From: Nemertoderma westbladi
Lineage: Eukaryota; Animalia; Xenacoelomorpha
Reading direction: 5' to 3'
Assembly: GCA_032718475.1 (NCBI GenBank)
Contig: JAUCBJ010006717.1
Location: 82,374-146,373 of the forward strand
Length of the DNA: 64,000 bases
Part shown: positions 47,354 through 57,336 of the stretch, piece after piece
Position numbering within the stretch: the first letter of the stretch is position 1
Layout of the letters: the number at the start of each line of letters is the position of its first letter
Notes under the pieces: generated by a model
What the model was told of the DNA's origin: nothing
Seen by the model: only the letters and a program-made list of their open reading frames with translations
Databases searched by the model: none
Position numbers and translations under genes: made by a program

Positions 47354-47990
47354 CATTTAACTACTGGATATGGAATGTTGATTTCGTTCTTCTCTTAATC
47401 TTATCTACTGTAATAAAGTTTTGGATGAAATATATTTTGATTTTGAATTCAAATAGTTTCAATTCATGTTTTTTCATATATTAAATTATTAGCTAGCGTA
47501 GATTAAGTAGAACTATGTAAACCTTATATTTTCTTAACAAATTCTACTCACATAATCTTATATATATATTTTAAATTTGCCAATGTTGAGTGATGTAAAA
47601 TAATTATTCAAGGTTATGTAAATATAAACTATTTTAGAAAAAAAATACATTTAAATTACTTGAACATCTGACACCGAAATAAAACCTTACAGTATGAAAT
47701 AAATATAAGTATACAAACAAAAAAAACTCATCTATATTCATAGATTACTTTATTTCCAATGCCAAACCAATAATATCATTGGTTGGGATGTGATACAATG
47801 TGATTGGGCAGTTCAGGATTGTAACCGTAAGAGTAGAGTAATAACAACGATGTAACACGTGGTGATATTTCCGAAAAAATAGTGTTTAAGACACTATTTT
47901 TTCAAAAGCTTCTTAATAAAGAATGAAAGCGTAAATAGAAATTTGGTAAATAGAGAATAGAGTAGAATAGAGATATTAGTAAATAGAGAT

Positions 47991-48430
47991 TTGCAGTGCC
48001 CACTGAATCTTAATCTGCGTTCACGGAGGGTGGTTGATACAGGTGGAATTGTACCATAAATCTCGGCGTTTGTCATGTGTTGTCTCCAGCTGATGTTTAG
48101 GGCTGCCCTTAATAGTCTTGTGTATCAACCATAAATTCGTTGTTCAAGTGATTTAGTTAGTGTCCAGGTCTCACCCCCGTATAAAAATGCACTTTCCACT
48201 GTGGCTCGAAAGAACTTAGTCTCCAGGTGCCTGGAGAGATCTGATTTCCAGATGGTATCCATTTTTGATAGAACTACCCAAGCGTTTGCTTTCCTAACTT
48301 CTATGTCCTTTTTGCTACTCTCTATCCATGATCCAAGGTACTGGAAGTCATCGACCTTCCTTAGTTGATTATTATCAATGGTTGTCAAGTTTCCATCAAC
48401 ATTAAAAGTCATGAATTCGGTCTTGGTAGC
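47991..48430 (-). mobile_element. Fragment of an RTE-clade non-LTR retrotransposon (region C-terminal of RT), truncated at both ends; a different family from the three copies further right
   Basis: ORFs 48125-48412 and 47894-48076 give KVDDFQYLGSWI, FFRATVESAFLYGGETWTLT and LRERRLRFSGHC, typical RTE post-RT motifs. An in-frame TGA lies at ~48125. Confidence 0.88.
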
Positions 48431-49038
48431 AAAGGTAAAGTCTATTGATTAGATGTAAGAAATGTTTATTATTCATATAAGTTAAACAATTAGTTGCACA
48501 CTTCCACAAATACTTAGGAAATATAATACATTGATTGATTGATGTTAGACCTATACCTACACGGTATACTCAAGACTCAACATAATTATCACAAAAACTT
48601 AAACAATAATTACCGGCGATATAAACATTGACACATTAAAACTAAACTAGACTCGGTAAATACCGGTAAGTATACTGGTACACTTAATACTTATGTTTCC
48701 AACAACTAATTAAGCAAGCAACAAGAATTACGCCATAACTATATATAACATATAACATAAATTACTGGTACATTTACAATACTACTTGATGACTTTTACT
48801 TCTAACTTCTTCCGAAAACGTTTTGGGTCGAAGGTGTTATTGGAGCGAAGGTCCGAATGGAATAAAGTCCGAATGGGTAAAATATCTTGAGTCATCCATT
48901 TGGAGCTTCATTCTAGAAAGTTCCAAAACTTAACGATATTTTTATTACTGCGGTTGAATTTAAAAAAACAAAAATCAATACCGCCAAAAACAATGGATGA
49001 ATTATTCAATCATCAATTATCAAACCATCAATTATTCT

Positions 49039-49189
49039 AGTATCCTGTGTTATAGTATCCTCATACTATAGTATAGTATCCACAGTATCCTGTGTTATAG
49101 TATCCTCATACTATAGTATAGTATCCACAGTATCCTGTGTTATAGTATCCTCATACTATAGTATAGTATCCACAGTATCCTGTGTTATA
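49039..49189. repeat. 45-bp minisatellite, ~3.3 perfect copies
   Basis: Unit AGTATCCTGTGTTATAGTATCCTCATACTATAGTATAGTATCCAC at 49039, 49084, 49129, partial at 49174. Contains three AGTATCC sub-repeats and the palindrome ATACTATAGTAT. Confidence 0.95.
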
Positions 49190-49994
49190 AAAATTGTAAC
49201 ACTTCGTATAAATAACTACTTATTTTCAGTTTTAAAGTTTGTTTTTTAACGTTTTTAAAATTTTAGTATTATATTTTACTTTATTTGCATTTATGTATAT
49301 AATTTAATTTTAATTATTTTACAGCTTAAATAATTAAATATTATTAAGAAAAAACAATTATACTTCCTTAAAGACAAACTCAACTGTATCAAAACTATTA
49401 CAATACACATCTTATTGGAAAACTTTACTAAAATTTTGTTCGAAATAAAGAAAATAACAGAAAAATGACAAGCAATAATACTGCTTTACATCCTATTAAA
49501 ACAATCTACTTCTGTTAAAAGTAAAACGGACAAATTCACAATAATAAATCCCAAATATTTTTAATATCATTTCGCAACAACATTTCGGTAACATAACATT
49601 TTGGTTCCCAGCTTGCAATACAAACAGAGATCCAACTCGCTTCGTAAATAACTTTAAATCCAAATAATTGTATTAATTCGAACCATGTACAGTTTGTGTA
49701 TCCGAAATTGTTAACTTATAATAATATATTAAAAATAACTGCTCATCTTTTTGATGATAGCCCCGCAGTTAACATATTTTTAACAAAATTATTGTTAACA
49801 GCTATTTTACACATGGCCGGCCATAATCAAGAACATTTATTGAGATTTATCAATAATATAATATAAGTAAACTAAACTAAACTAGTCCGCCTACCTCTTT
49901 TGACAATTAATTATTAATATATAAATAAATCAAAAATAACTTATAATAACTTACAATAAATTATTCCGCCTTTCTACCTCAGTTGATGTATATA

Positions 49995-50173
49995 CAGTCC
50001 CGCTCTCAAAAAGCATTCCTTTGATCAAACATTGATCAAAGTTTGATCAAAATGTGTCCATAGAATATCATTGAAAGTAGCATAAAAGTAGCAGTAGTAT
50101 AAAACTTTGATCAATGTTTGATTAAAGTTTGATCAATGTTTGATCAAAGGGATGCTTTTTGAGAGTGGGACTG
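49995..50173. mobile_element. 179-bp MITE, Tc1/mariner(pogo)-type
   Basis: TA|CAGTCCCGCTCTCAAAAAGCATTCCTTTGATCAAACATTGATCAAA ... TTTGATCAATGTTTGATCAAAGGGATGCTTTTTGAGAGTGGGACTG|TA. About 46-bp near-perfect TIRs, CAGT termini, TA target duplication, non-coding core. Confidence 0.9.
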
Positions 50174-50199
50174 TAGCATGCGCTCGCTCAGAAACGTTG

Positions 50200-50350
50200 A
50201 AAAACGTCTACAACTCTCACAACAACCGTTAACATTTACAACACCGAAAATATGGGACAACTTGCCTCTCAAAATAAGAAATTTAAAAATAATTGAAAAA
50301 AATGGGTATCATTCCAGTTCAAACAATTAGTTCTAGATGAGCTATAGATG
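50200..50350 (+). mobile_element. Degraded 3' end of a CR1/L2-group LINE ORF2
   Basis: Manual translation RLQLSQQPLTFTTPKIWDNLPLKIR, then after a frameshift FKQLVLDEL*. Resembles the P-x-(I/L)WN-x-LP-xx-IR...FK C-terminal motif of CR1/L2-like elements. Confidence 0.45.
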
Positions 50351-51309
50351 AGTTCTAGATTTATTACAGTATTTCTTTTGTTTTACGGCTAATCTATTTC
50401 GGTTTTCTCATTCTCACCGGACTTAGTTTTCTTTTATCGAAAAGACTACCAATAAACAATTAAAACCTTCCTAACCCTCTTTAAATCTCAGCAAATTTGT
50501 TGAAATTTTTGAAACATTTTAAAATCGAGTCAACTTAAAAAAAGTTTATCATTGTTCCTGTTAGTTTAGACAAAAAATACCTGTTACTATTTGGGGAACA
50601 ATGGTACCACAGCAAATTGTTATAATTTATTTTACAAAATAATATAAATAAAAAGTAGTGTGTTAAAAACCACAGACTCCAATTTTATTTAGACAATTTT
50701 ATTGGTCTATAGGCCGTCTTTTATGTCCCATTTGGGAGCACTAGTGATGTTTTTATGTTTGATTTGAATTAGTAAACAATGGTGACAGTAACATGTTGCG
50801 AAAAATTATTTTACCTTTATTTAAATTAATTATTAAATTAAATTATTTAAAAATTATTATTTAATATTGTATAAGAAGGTTTATTTCGGCTATACATATT
50901 GCGGTCCTACCGACCTACATCCATAGTCCAACAGTATTTGGTTCAATTTTACTATATTGCTTTACAGCAGAAATATGTTCTCATATAGTGTTACACAAAT
51001 ACGACAATAGCTTATGTCGCTTTTAATATAGCAGATCACAAATACATCTTAGTTATGTAATTATAAACGATTTTATATAGTAATATATCGAGTCAAATTA
51101 TTTTCTAATTTTTGATATTCTTATTTTCTCGAATTTTTTTCAAATAATAACATCATATAATTTAAAAATCTATTTTTGATGTCGCCACTATGGTTTTGAA
51201 AACCAAATTTGTAATGTTTTGGCCACTACGTTAACCACTACTGTTAGCCACTACTGATCCAAAAATCGAAAACAAAATGAAAATTGGCATATAAATTGAA
51301 ATGCCACAA

Positions 51310-53067
51310 GAGTAACTGGTCGGAAAAGCCAACCAACCACCAAGGTTAAGGCTGAATCACCAGCCGATCGCCTCAATGGTTGAAAAGCCCACTTTGAAAA
51401 TAATGACAGGGTATTGCCTGAAAACTTTATAGAAGTAAAAGTGTCTGAGTCTGTACTCCCAGATATTCCCATTGGCGATATCTCCTTTGCAGAAGTGAAG
51501 GCTGCTGCAAAGAGCATTAAGACCAATCGTGCCAGTGGAGTAGATGGTGTTCCCCCTGAGGTCTTTAAAATACCTGAGTGTTTAAAGCTCATCTATCCCA
51601 TCATAGTAGACATGTACCGAACAACAAGAGTCCCACAAGAAATGAAAACAAATAAGTTGGTGCCAGTTCCCAAGAAGGGCAACCTAACACTCTATGGTTA
51701 TTTTCGGGGAATCTCATTGACCTCGATTGCTGCAAAGCTATACAATAGGATTCTATTAAATCGCACCAGGGATCCCATTGAGAGACTGCTCCGTGGAAAT
51801 CAGAATGGGTTCCGTAAAGGTCGAGGGACCATGGAGCCCATTTTGGCACTTAGAAGGATAAGGACGGGCATCGATAGGCAGGATAGGAAGGACAGGCATC
51901 TGGCTGTTATCTTTGTTGACTTCTTCAACTTCACTTCTCTCGCTCACGTATGTTCAACATACTTTCATTATATGGGATTCCTGATGAAATTATTGCAGCA
52001 ATCAGATCAGTATACGATGGTTCGACAACAGTGGTGTCTACTGTTGACGGTGACACAGAACCATTTGAAGTGTTATGGGGCGTCCTCCAAGGAGACACAC
52101 TTGCACCATTCTTGTTCATTATTGTGGTTGACTATGTTCTACGCATGTCCTTAGATCATCATAATGATGATGGGGTGATGATAACTCCACCTACTGGCTC
52201 CAGAAATCGAGGAAATCCTGCCAAGTACCTAACTGATCTAGACTTTGCTGATGACTTAGGAGTACTCTCAGAATCATTAGAGGGAGCCCAACGGCTCCTC
52301 AGCTCATTAGAACATGCTGCTTCTAGTGTTGGTCTTTTTATTAACTCCAGAAAGACCAAAATTTTGACAGTTAACTTTGAAAGTCCTCAGCAAGTCTCTG
52401 ATCGGATGAGCATAAGCTCAAAGGATGGTATGCTTTGGCATGTGGACGACTTCTGTTACCTGGGATCATGGATCCGGAAGTCAGGTGAGGACCTTCAAAT
52501 ACGCAAGGGGAAGGCATGGGCAGCCTTGAATAGGCTTTCCAGGATTTGGAAGTCACCGAGAATTAATCGGAAACTTAAGGTCCGATTATTTAGAGCAGCA
52601 GTAGTTCCAGTACTCCTCTACGGGAGTCCATGCTGGGCTCTAACTGCTAAGGACACCAAATCTCCGGATGGCACATTCACAAGAATGCTACGCCGGGTTC
52701 ATTGTGTCAAGTACAATGCGCACATCTCCAACCAGACACTATATAACATTGGAGGTGCCTCATTGGTTCCCCCAAGCTTGACACTAGAACAAAATCTCCT
52801 CCGCTTTGCAGGACATTGCTTTCGCCGTGAGGACCAGCCAGTGCATAATCTTGTTCTTTGGCAGCCTCATGGAGTGAATAAGCATGGTGGACAGCCCATG
52901 ACTTTCTTGAGACGCATCTTAAAGGACACTGGCCTGGAAGATGCGGATGATCTAGCAAATGTCATGGGTGATAGGGAGTTGTGGCGGTGCAATTTTGTTG
53001 ACAAGCCGGCACAGCATTCTTAAAAATGCAGCTGCAATGCAGCATGCCGATCCTAGTAGTAGTAGTA
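51310..53067 (+). mobile_element. 5'-truncated RTE-clade LINE (copy 1) with disrupted reverse transcriptase and (TAG)n tail
   Basis: ORFs 51414-52154 and 51950-53023 contain ASGVDGVP, PVPKKG, RGISL, QNGFRKGR, FVDF, GVLQGDTLAPFLF, LDFADD and YLGS. Frameshift with loss of the KAFD motif at ~51925-51950, in-frame TGA at ~51381, no endonuclease domain. Ends in CCTAGTAGTAGTAGTAA. Confidence 0.95.
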
Positions 53068-53287
53068 ACTTGAAGTTTGAAAATAAAAAGCAATATTCCA
53101 CTCTTCCTATCAACATTAAAAAACGTAATATAATCCTAAATTAATTCTCACGGAGTTGAATTTAAAAAATGTTCCCAATTGGAAACACTGGGAGATAGAA
53201 GGTTTTAAGAACAAACGTTGACCTCCACCATTTGTAAACATTATGCCACTACTGACTAAGGTGAACTACAAACTAGGAATCGCCGGT

Positions 53288-53405
53288 AGTAGTAAGTGTA
53301 TGGTCCTCTCCAAACTAAAACGATTGGCCTTAGAAGGCAACCACCCAAAGCGTCAGTCTGTCTGGATGTCATCCCTCTACTAATTCGAGTAATTAGACCC
53401 TAATT
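53288..53405 (+). repeat. Unclassified dispersed repeat 'X', copy 1
   Basis: Shares blocks AAGTGTATGGTCC, GCGTCAGTC and GTAATTAGACCCTAA, in order, with the reverse complement of 57041-57167. Confidence 0.7.
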
Positions 53406-54356
53406 AGTTGGTGTCATCAATAAATCAATTAGTGTAATTCAACCATAGTAGGTGACGTTATAACTCATCATTGATCCACTGCTTTTACTTTATTAATTAT
53501 ATATCGTACGATATGTAAATTTATTGTTAAAAATCATCATTATTATTTATAATTAATTAAATATAGTAAAATAATTATCACAGTAAAACACTATTGTATC
53601 ATTAAAAAGAAAATAACAACAGAATAGGACTACAACAATTTAGGAGAAACTATAGAACCAATAAAGCAACAATAAATTTTGACAACTATAGAACTGATAA
53701 AACAACATATTTTATTTTACTAATTTCTTTTTTAAAAATTAAAATTAAAAATTTTTTTTAAATTTTTTACTAATTATTTTACATATTTTATTAACAATAA
53801 TTTATTAATTTAGTTTTATACCAATAATATATATATATGCCATTGTACCTTAATTAATTGTACCGTAGGTAGCATCTAGGCTACCATATAGTATGATTCC
53901 ATGATGCCATTCTCGTCGTAACAATTTAACCCAAATTAAATTAAATGGAACTGCTAGTTAGTTACCCTTGCGTGTGTCTGAGATGCATCCATATAGTTTG
54001 AGTTTTAATTAGGGCGCCCTTATTTACACCAGCTACTCTAACAACGTAGTGCTGGCGAAATGAACTTTGAGATGATTAATGACTAAAGAGGCCAGCCACT
54101 AAAGGAGATTATAAAAGGCCCCGATTAATATCCATTCTGCATTTATGTTGCTTAAATGAGGTCCTCTTTTAATACAAAATTTATTCATACAGTTGGCTGA
54201 TCTTGAAACTTTGTAAAATAGTTTTTTAATGTTATTTTCAAGCTTGTTTTTGAATAAATTTATGTTTTATTATATTTGTCAAGCTTTATCTTGTTAATCT
54301 ATATTAATGCTTTGCTACTTTGTAGTGAGGTTTTCGAGGACGCTAATTCCAATGGT

Positions 54357-55303
54357 TTATTATTGGTGTTATGTGTGAATGAGTGATTTCATATTATTAT
54401 AACTTTTTGTTGGGCACAGCTTTTGCAAAGTCAGCAATGACCTGGTGACCTTTGGGTTGGAAGTGTTAACGGATCCAATCCGCTGCACACCACCTACCGA
54501 GAGAATAGGGGACAGAGTGATTTACCGGGTATCCAATATACAACATCCAATATAATATTGAATACCCAGGAGAAACATGGCTTGGTGAGATGCTAGTTTA
54601 GAGATGGTAATTAACTCATCTCAAGAGGGAAACTAGCATACTACTAGCAGACCCTGGGGTGTTAGTGCAGTTCGGTAGGGTGGGATAAATACAGTAGTAT
54701 GCTCCATACACCGTAGAGACCGTTTCTGTGTTGGGGGCGGGCAAAGGATTTCATTTTAAATTTCCCTCCTACATTGGTTGCCTAGTAACGTCAGCTGGTG
54801 GTGGGTATTATTTAACATTAACGTTTTATTATCTTTGTGAATAAATGAGACTTAAGAGTTATAACTAGCATAGGGCCTTAGGGAACACAGAATGACAGCA
54901 GGGAAAACCAGTCAATGGGGGGCGGCCAGCACTAGGCCAGTAAACGTGTATCTGTTAGCAGGTCAACATGTAGGTAGAACCGTGTGTAATAAGTTATCCA
55001 TTCTGTATATATCAGTTACCCAATATTGAATACGTTTAGTTGGCTATTGATTAGTGTGAAGGTCGAACGGTTTTTAACCGTCGCCCGTACTGTAATGATT
55101 GTGCTGTTTACCGGTACTTATATTGATTATGCCATCATTGTATTAACAACGATAAACAAACTCTTATATTTAAACAACCGGCCTACGGCCTTTCAACAGC
55201 CAACAGGTGATGCGTACAAAACACGACACAAACACCGGTCGGGATCCTGTGCCAACTCAGATCCCGTCACAAGAAGTCTGACGCTCTAACCATTCAGCTA
55301 GCC
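54357..55303 (-). mobile_element. tRNA-derived SINE, split by a solo LTR
   Basis: Head GGCTAGCTGAATGGTTAGAGCGTCAGACTT (pol III A box) at 55303-55274 resumes at 54463 as CTTCCAACCCAAAGGTCACCAGG-TCATTGCTGACTTTGCAAAAGCTGTGCCCAAC and ends in an A-rich AATAATAAA. Colinear with the + strand copy at 55463-55573. The B box is deleted in this copy. Confidence 0.75.
54464..55271. mobile_element. Probable solo LTR (808 bp)
   Basis: Begins TGTTAACGGATC and ends GATCCCGTCACA (TG...CA, short imperfect inverted termini). Flanked by GGAAG/AGAAG, a 5-bp TSD with one mismatch. Removing it restores the SINE. No coding capacity. Confidence 0.72.
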
Positions 55304-55462
55304 TAATAGCAGTAATTGTGAGCATGAGTGATTAATAGCAGTGAAAGTAATTCAGCTAGCCCTAGCGGTTCAGGTAAAAGATAGACCTGGAAATACTATC
55401 TGATACTTTTTATGTCCTCAATTTACCTCATGATGGCATCACGTGAACGATTAGCTGAAAAC

Positions 55463-55573
55463 GACTACCTGAATGGTTAGAGCGTCAGTCTTCCAACCCG
55501 GAGATCACCAGTTCGATACCACCTGGACGTCATTGCCGACTTTGCTAAAGCTGTGCCCAATAAAAAGTTATAA
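55463..55573 (+). mobile_element. tRNA-derived SINE (short copy, same family as 54357-55303)
   Basis: A-box-like TACCTGAATGG, B box GTTCGATACC, then GTCATTGCCGACTTTGCTAAAGCTGTGCCCAATAAAAAGTTATAAT. The cloverleaf stems are imperfect, so it is not called a tRNA gene. Confidence 0.75.
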
Positions 55574-56435
55574 TTCCAATGGTGGTACTCTTGAAACATT
55601 CTAGCCTAAATTGATTACTTAGGTTCTCGATGATCACATAAATGACAAATCTTGTTTAGGTATAAGGAAGTCCAAGATAGTGGCGCAGATACAAATCAGC
55701 AGATAGAGTCTGCTGATTTGTAGATTTCACCTCACATTGGAAGGATTTTTGTGTTTCTATTAGTGTAATATTTGATTACCTATTGACTTAATATTGTCCC
55801 AAACACACGAGGACACTCCTATTCAATTCATTACTGTCGCAGACGAAATGGTTTCCGTTTAACCAATTAATTGATTATTTAAGCAGATATTTGAGTACCT
55901 AAACCAGTTCATGTTATCCATTTGGTGAGTTTTCTCATAGGAAGGTCATGAGTTTAAGATTTAGAAATGGAACAACCATTTTTGTTAAGCTCTGTTAATT
56001 CTTATTAACTTCGATCAGCCCAGCTGTAATGGGACCCGGCTGAGGGAGCAAACAAAACTGATACGGATTGTGAGAGTGAGACTATTCGACATTGTGAGTT
56101 AGTTTGGTGCCTCCCTACCTTAAAGGTAAGAGCCAAGAGAGAGGATTCTTTGGGTTGCCTCTGAGGGTTCACTTTACGTACCTTTCAAAAGCGTACTGTG
56201 GTAAATAGCCAGCGGGTTATACATTCGGGTTTTATGGTTTTATATTTTTTATGGTTGCTAGGTGAGAGATTTTGTCAGTGGGTGTCGGGTTTTACAATAA
56301 AAACATTAATGAAGTAAATGTGCCGGAAGGCTAAAGAAAAATTAATTAAGGTACAATGGTAGCCTATGCTACAAATGTAGCCCATCATGCAGCAAAAGTA
56401 GCCTATGACATTATTATAGTACAATTAATTTATGT

Positions 56436-56862
56436 ACTAGAAAGCCAGCAAGCTGGCTTTAAACGAACCTGCACTCAAACCAGTACCCTGAGTGAGCGAA
56501 AATGAAAACACTAAAATTGCCATCAACTCAACGATAGAAACACCAGCTGATGGTACTCATGAGGGCCTACTAGTAAGCTACTACTATTGATTGAATGGAT
56601 AGGCCCAAACTGCACAGTGCTAAATTTATTACTCTCTCACTCTATCCCAGACAGTAATCAAACATCAACTGTTAGTTTGTATAATGTATTACCCCGCCAG
56701 ATGAATAGCTCTTCCTATGGGAATATCTACAAGGTTACTGCTACTCTATGTTAGGTGGGAGGCCAGCTGTTTGAATTTTAAGCACTGGGCCGTTTAATTG
56801 TCTGCACTACATTTGTGTATGGGAGGTCGCCTTATAGCAGCCAGCTGGCTGTCTTTTCTAGT
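56436..56862. mobile_element. Possible old non-autonomous TIR element
   Basis: Left end ACTAGAAAGCCAGCAAGCTGGCTTTAAACGAACCT versus reverse complement of the right end ACTAGAAAAGACAGCCAGCTGGCTGCTATAAGGCGACCT. Imperfect, with no clear TSD. Confidence 0.45.
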
Positions 56863-57040
56863 TGAATCATGTTATTCTGCTACCAATAATTTACTCTTTT
56901 AGACGAATTTTTGCCTTTTTTGCCGGATTAACAAATTTTGGCGACGTTCTGTGCGAGATTGGCGATATTTGACAAGATAAGATCTGAGGCTCAAATATGT
57001 TGCTCAAATGACTGAATAGTGAAAAGTCATATTTCACCCA

Positions 57041-57167
57041 TTAGGGTCTAATTACAGTAATTTATTCATGATTGATTGCGCTAATTAGGGGGTGTTACAC
57101 AGACCGACTGACGCCCTGGGTTTCATATAAGTCTAAGCGTTCTAGAGGGGACCATACACTTCTACTC
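57041..57167 (-). repeat. Unclassified dispersed repeat 'X', copy 2 (just downstream of the TRPM stop codon)
   Basis: Inverted homologue of 53288-53405. Contains a minus-strand AATAAA at 57061-57066. Confidence 0.7.
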
Positions 57168-57336
57168 CCGTCTCTCTAAACTCTCAATTTGACTAATTTT
57201 AGTTTGAAAATTGTACTAGAATTAAATAATAATCATTAAATATTAATTAATTATTAATTTAACATTAAAAAGGATACACGCGAGCGAATATAATTTAAAT
57301 TTGAATCAACTTTTAGGGAAGGGATTATTTAGGGTA

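Noticed and set aside
46548-47420. Coding exon in the stop-free minus frame of the 66-mer
   Set aside because: No ATG. The best nearby acceptor (CTTTATTACAG, ~47410) is followed by stops in all three frames before the repeat.
1-49189. CRISPR array (18-, 66- or 45-bp repeats)
   Set aside because: No unique spacers, no cas genes, and a eukaryotic context.
51251-53144. Active RT gene, and short overlapping ORFs
   Set aside because: The RT is frameshifted, has lost KAFD and lacks the endonuclease. The small ORFs are shadows of the LINE.
55026-55289. 87-aa ORF
   Set aside because: Non-ATG start, lies within the solo LTR and SINE head, no recognisable motif.
55463-55530. Functional tRNA gene
   Set aside because: A and B boxes are present, but the acceptor and anticodon stems do not pair well, and it continues into a tail shared with a second dispersed copy, so it is a SINE.
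56010-56230. SINE central-domain-like sequence (CCCAGCTGTAATGGGACC)
   Set aside because: Short resemblance only; no clear head, tail or second copy in the window.
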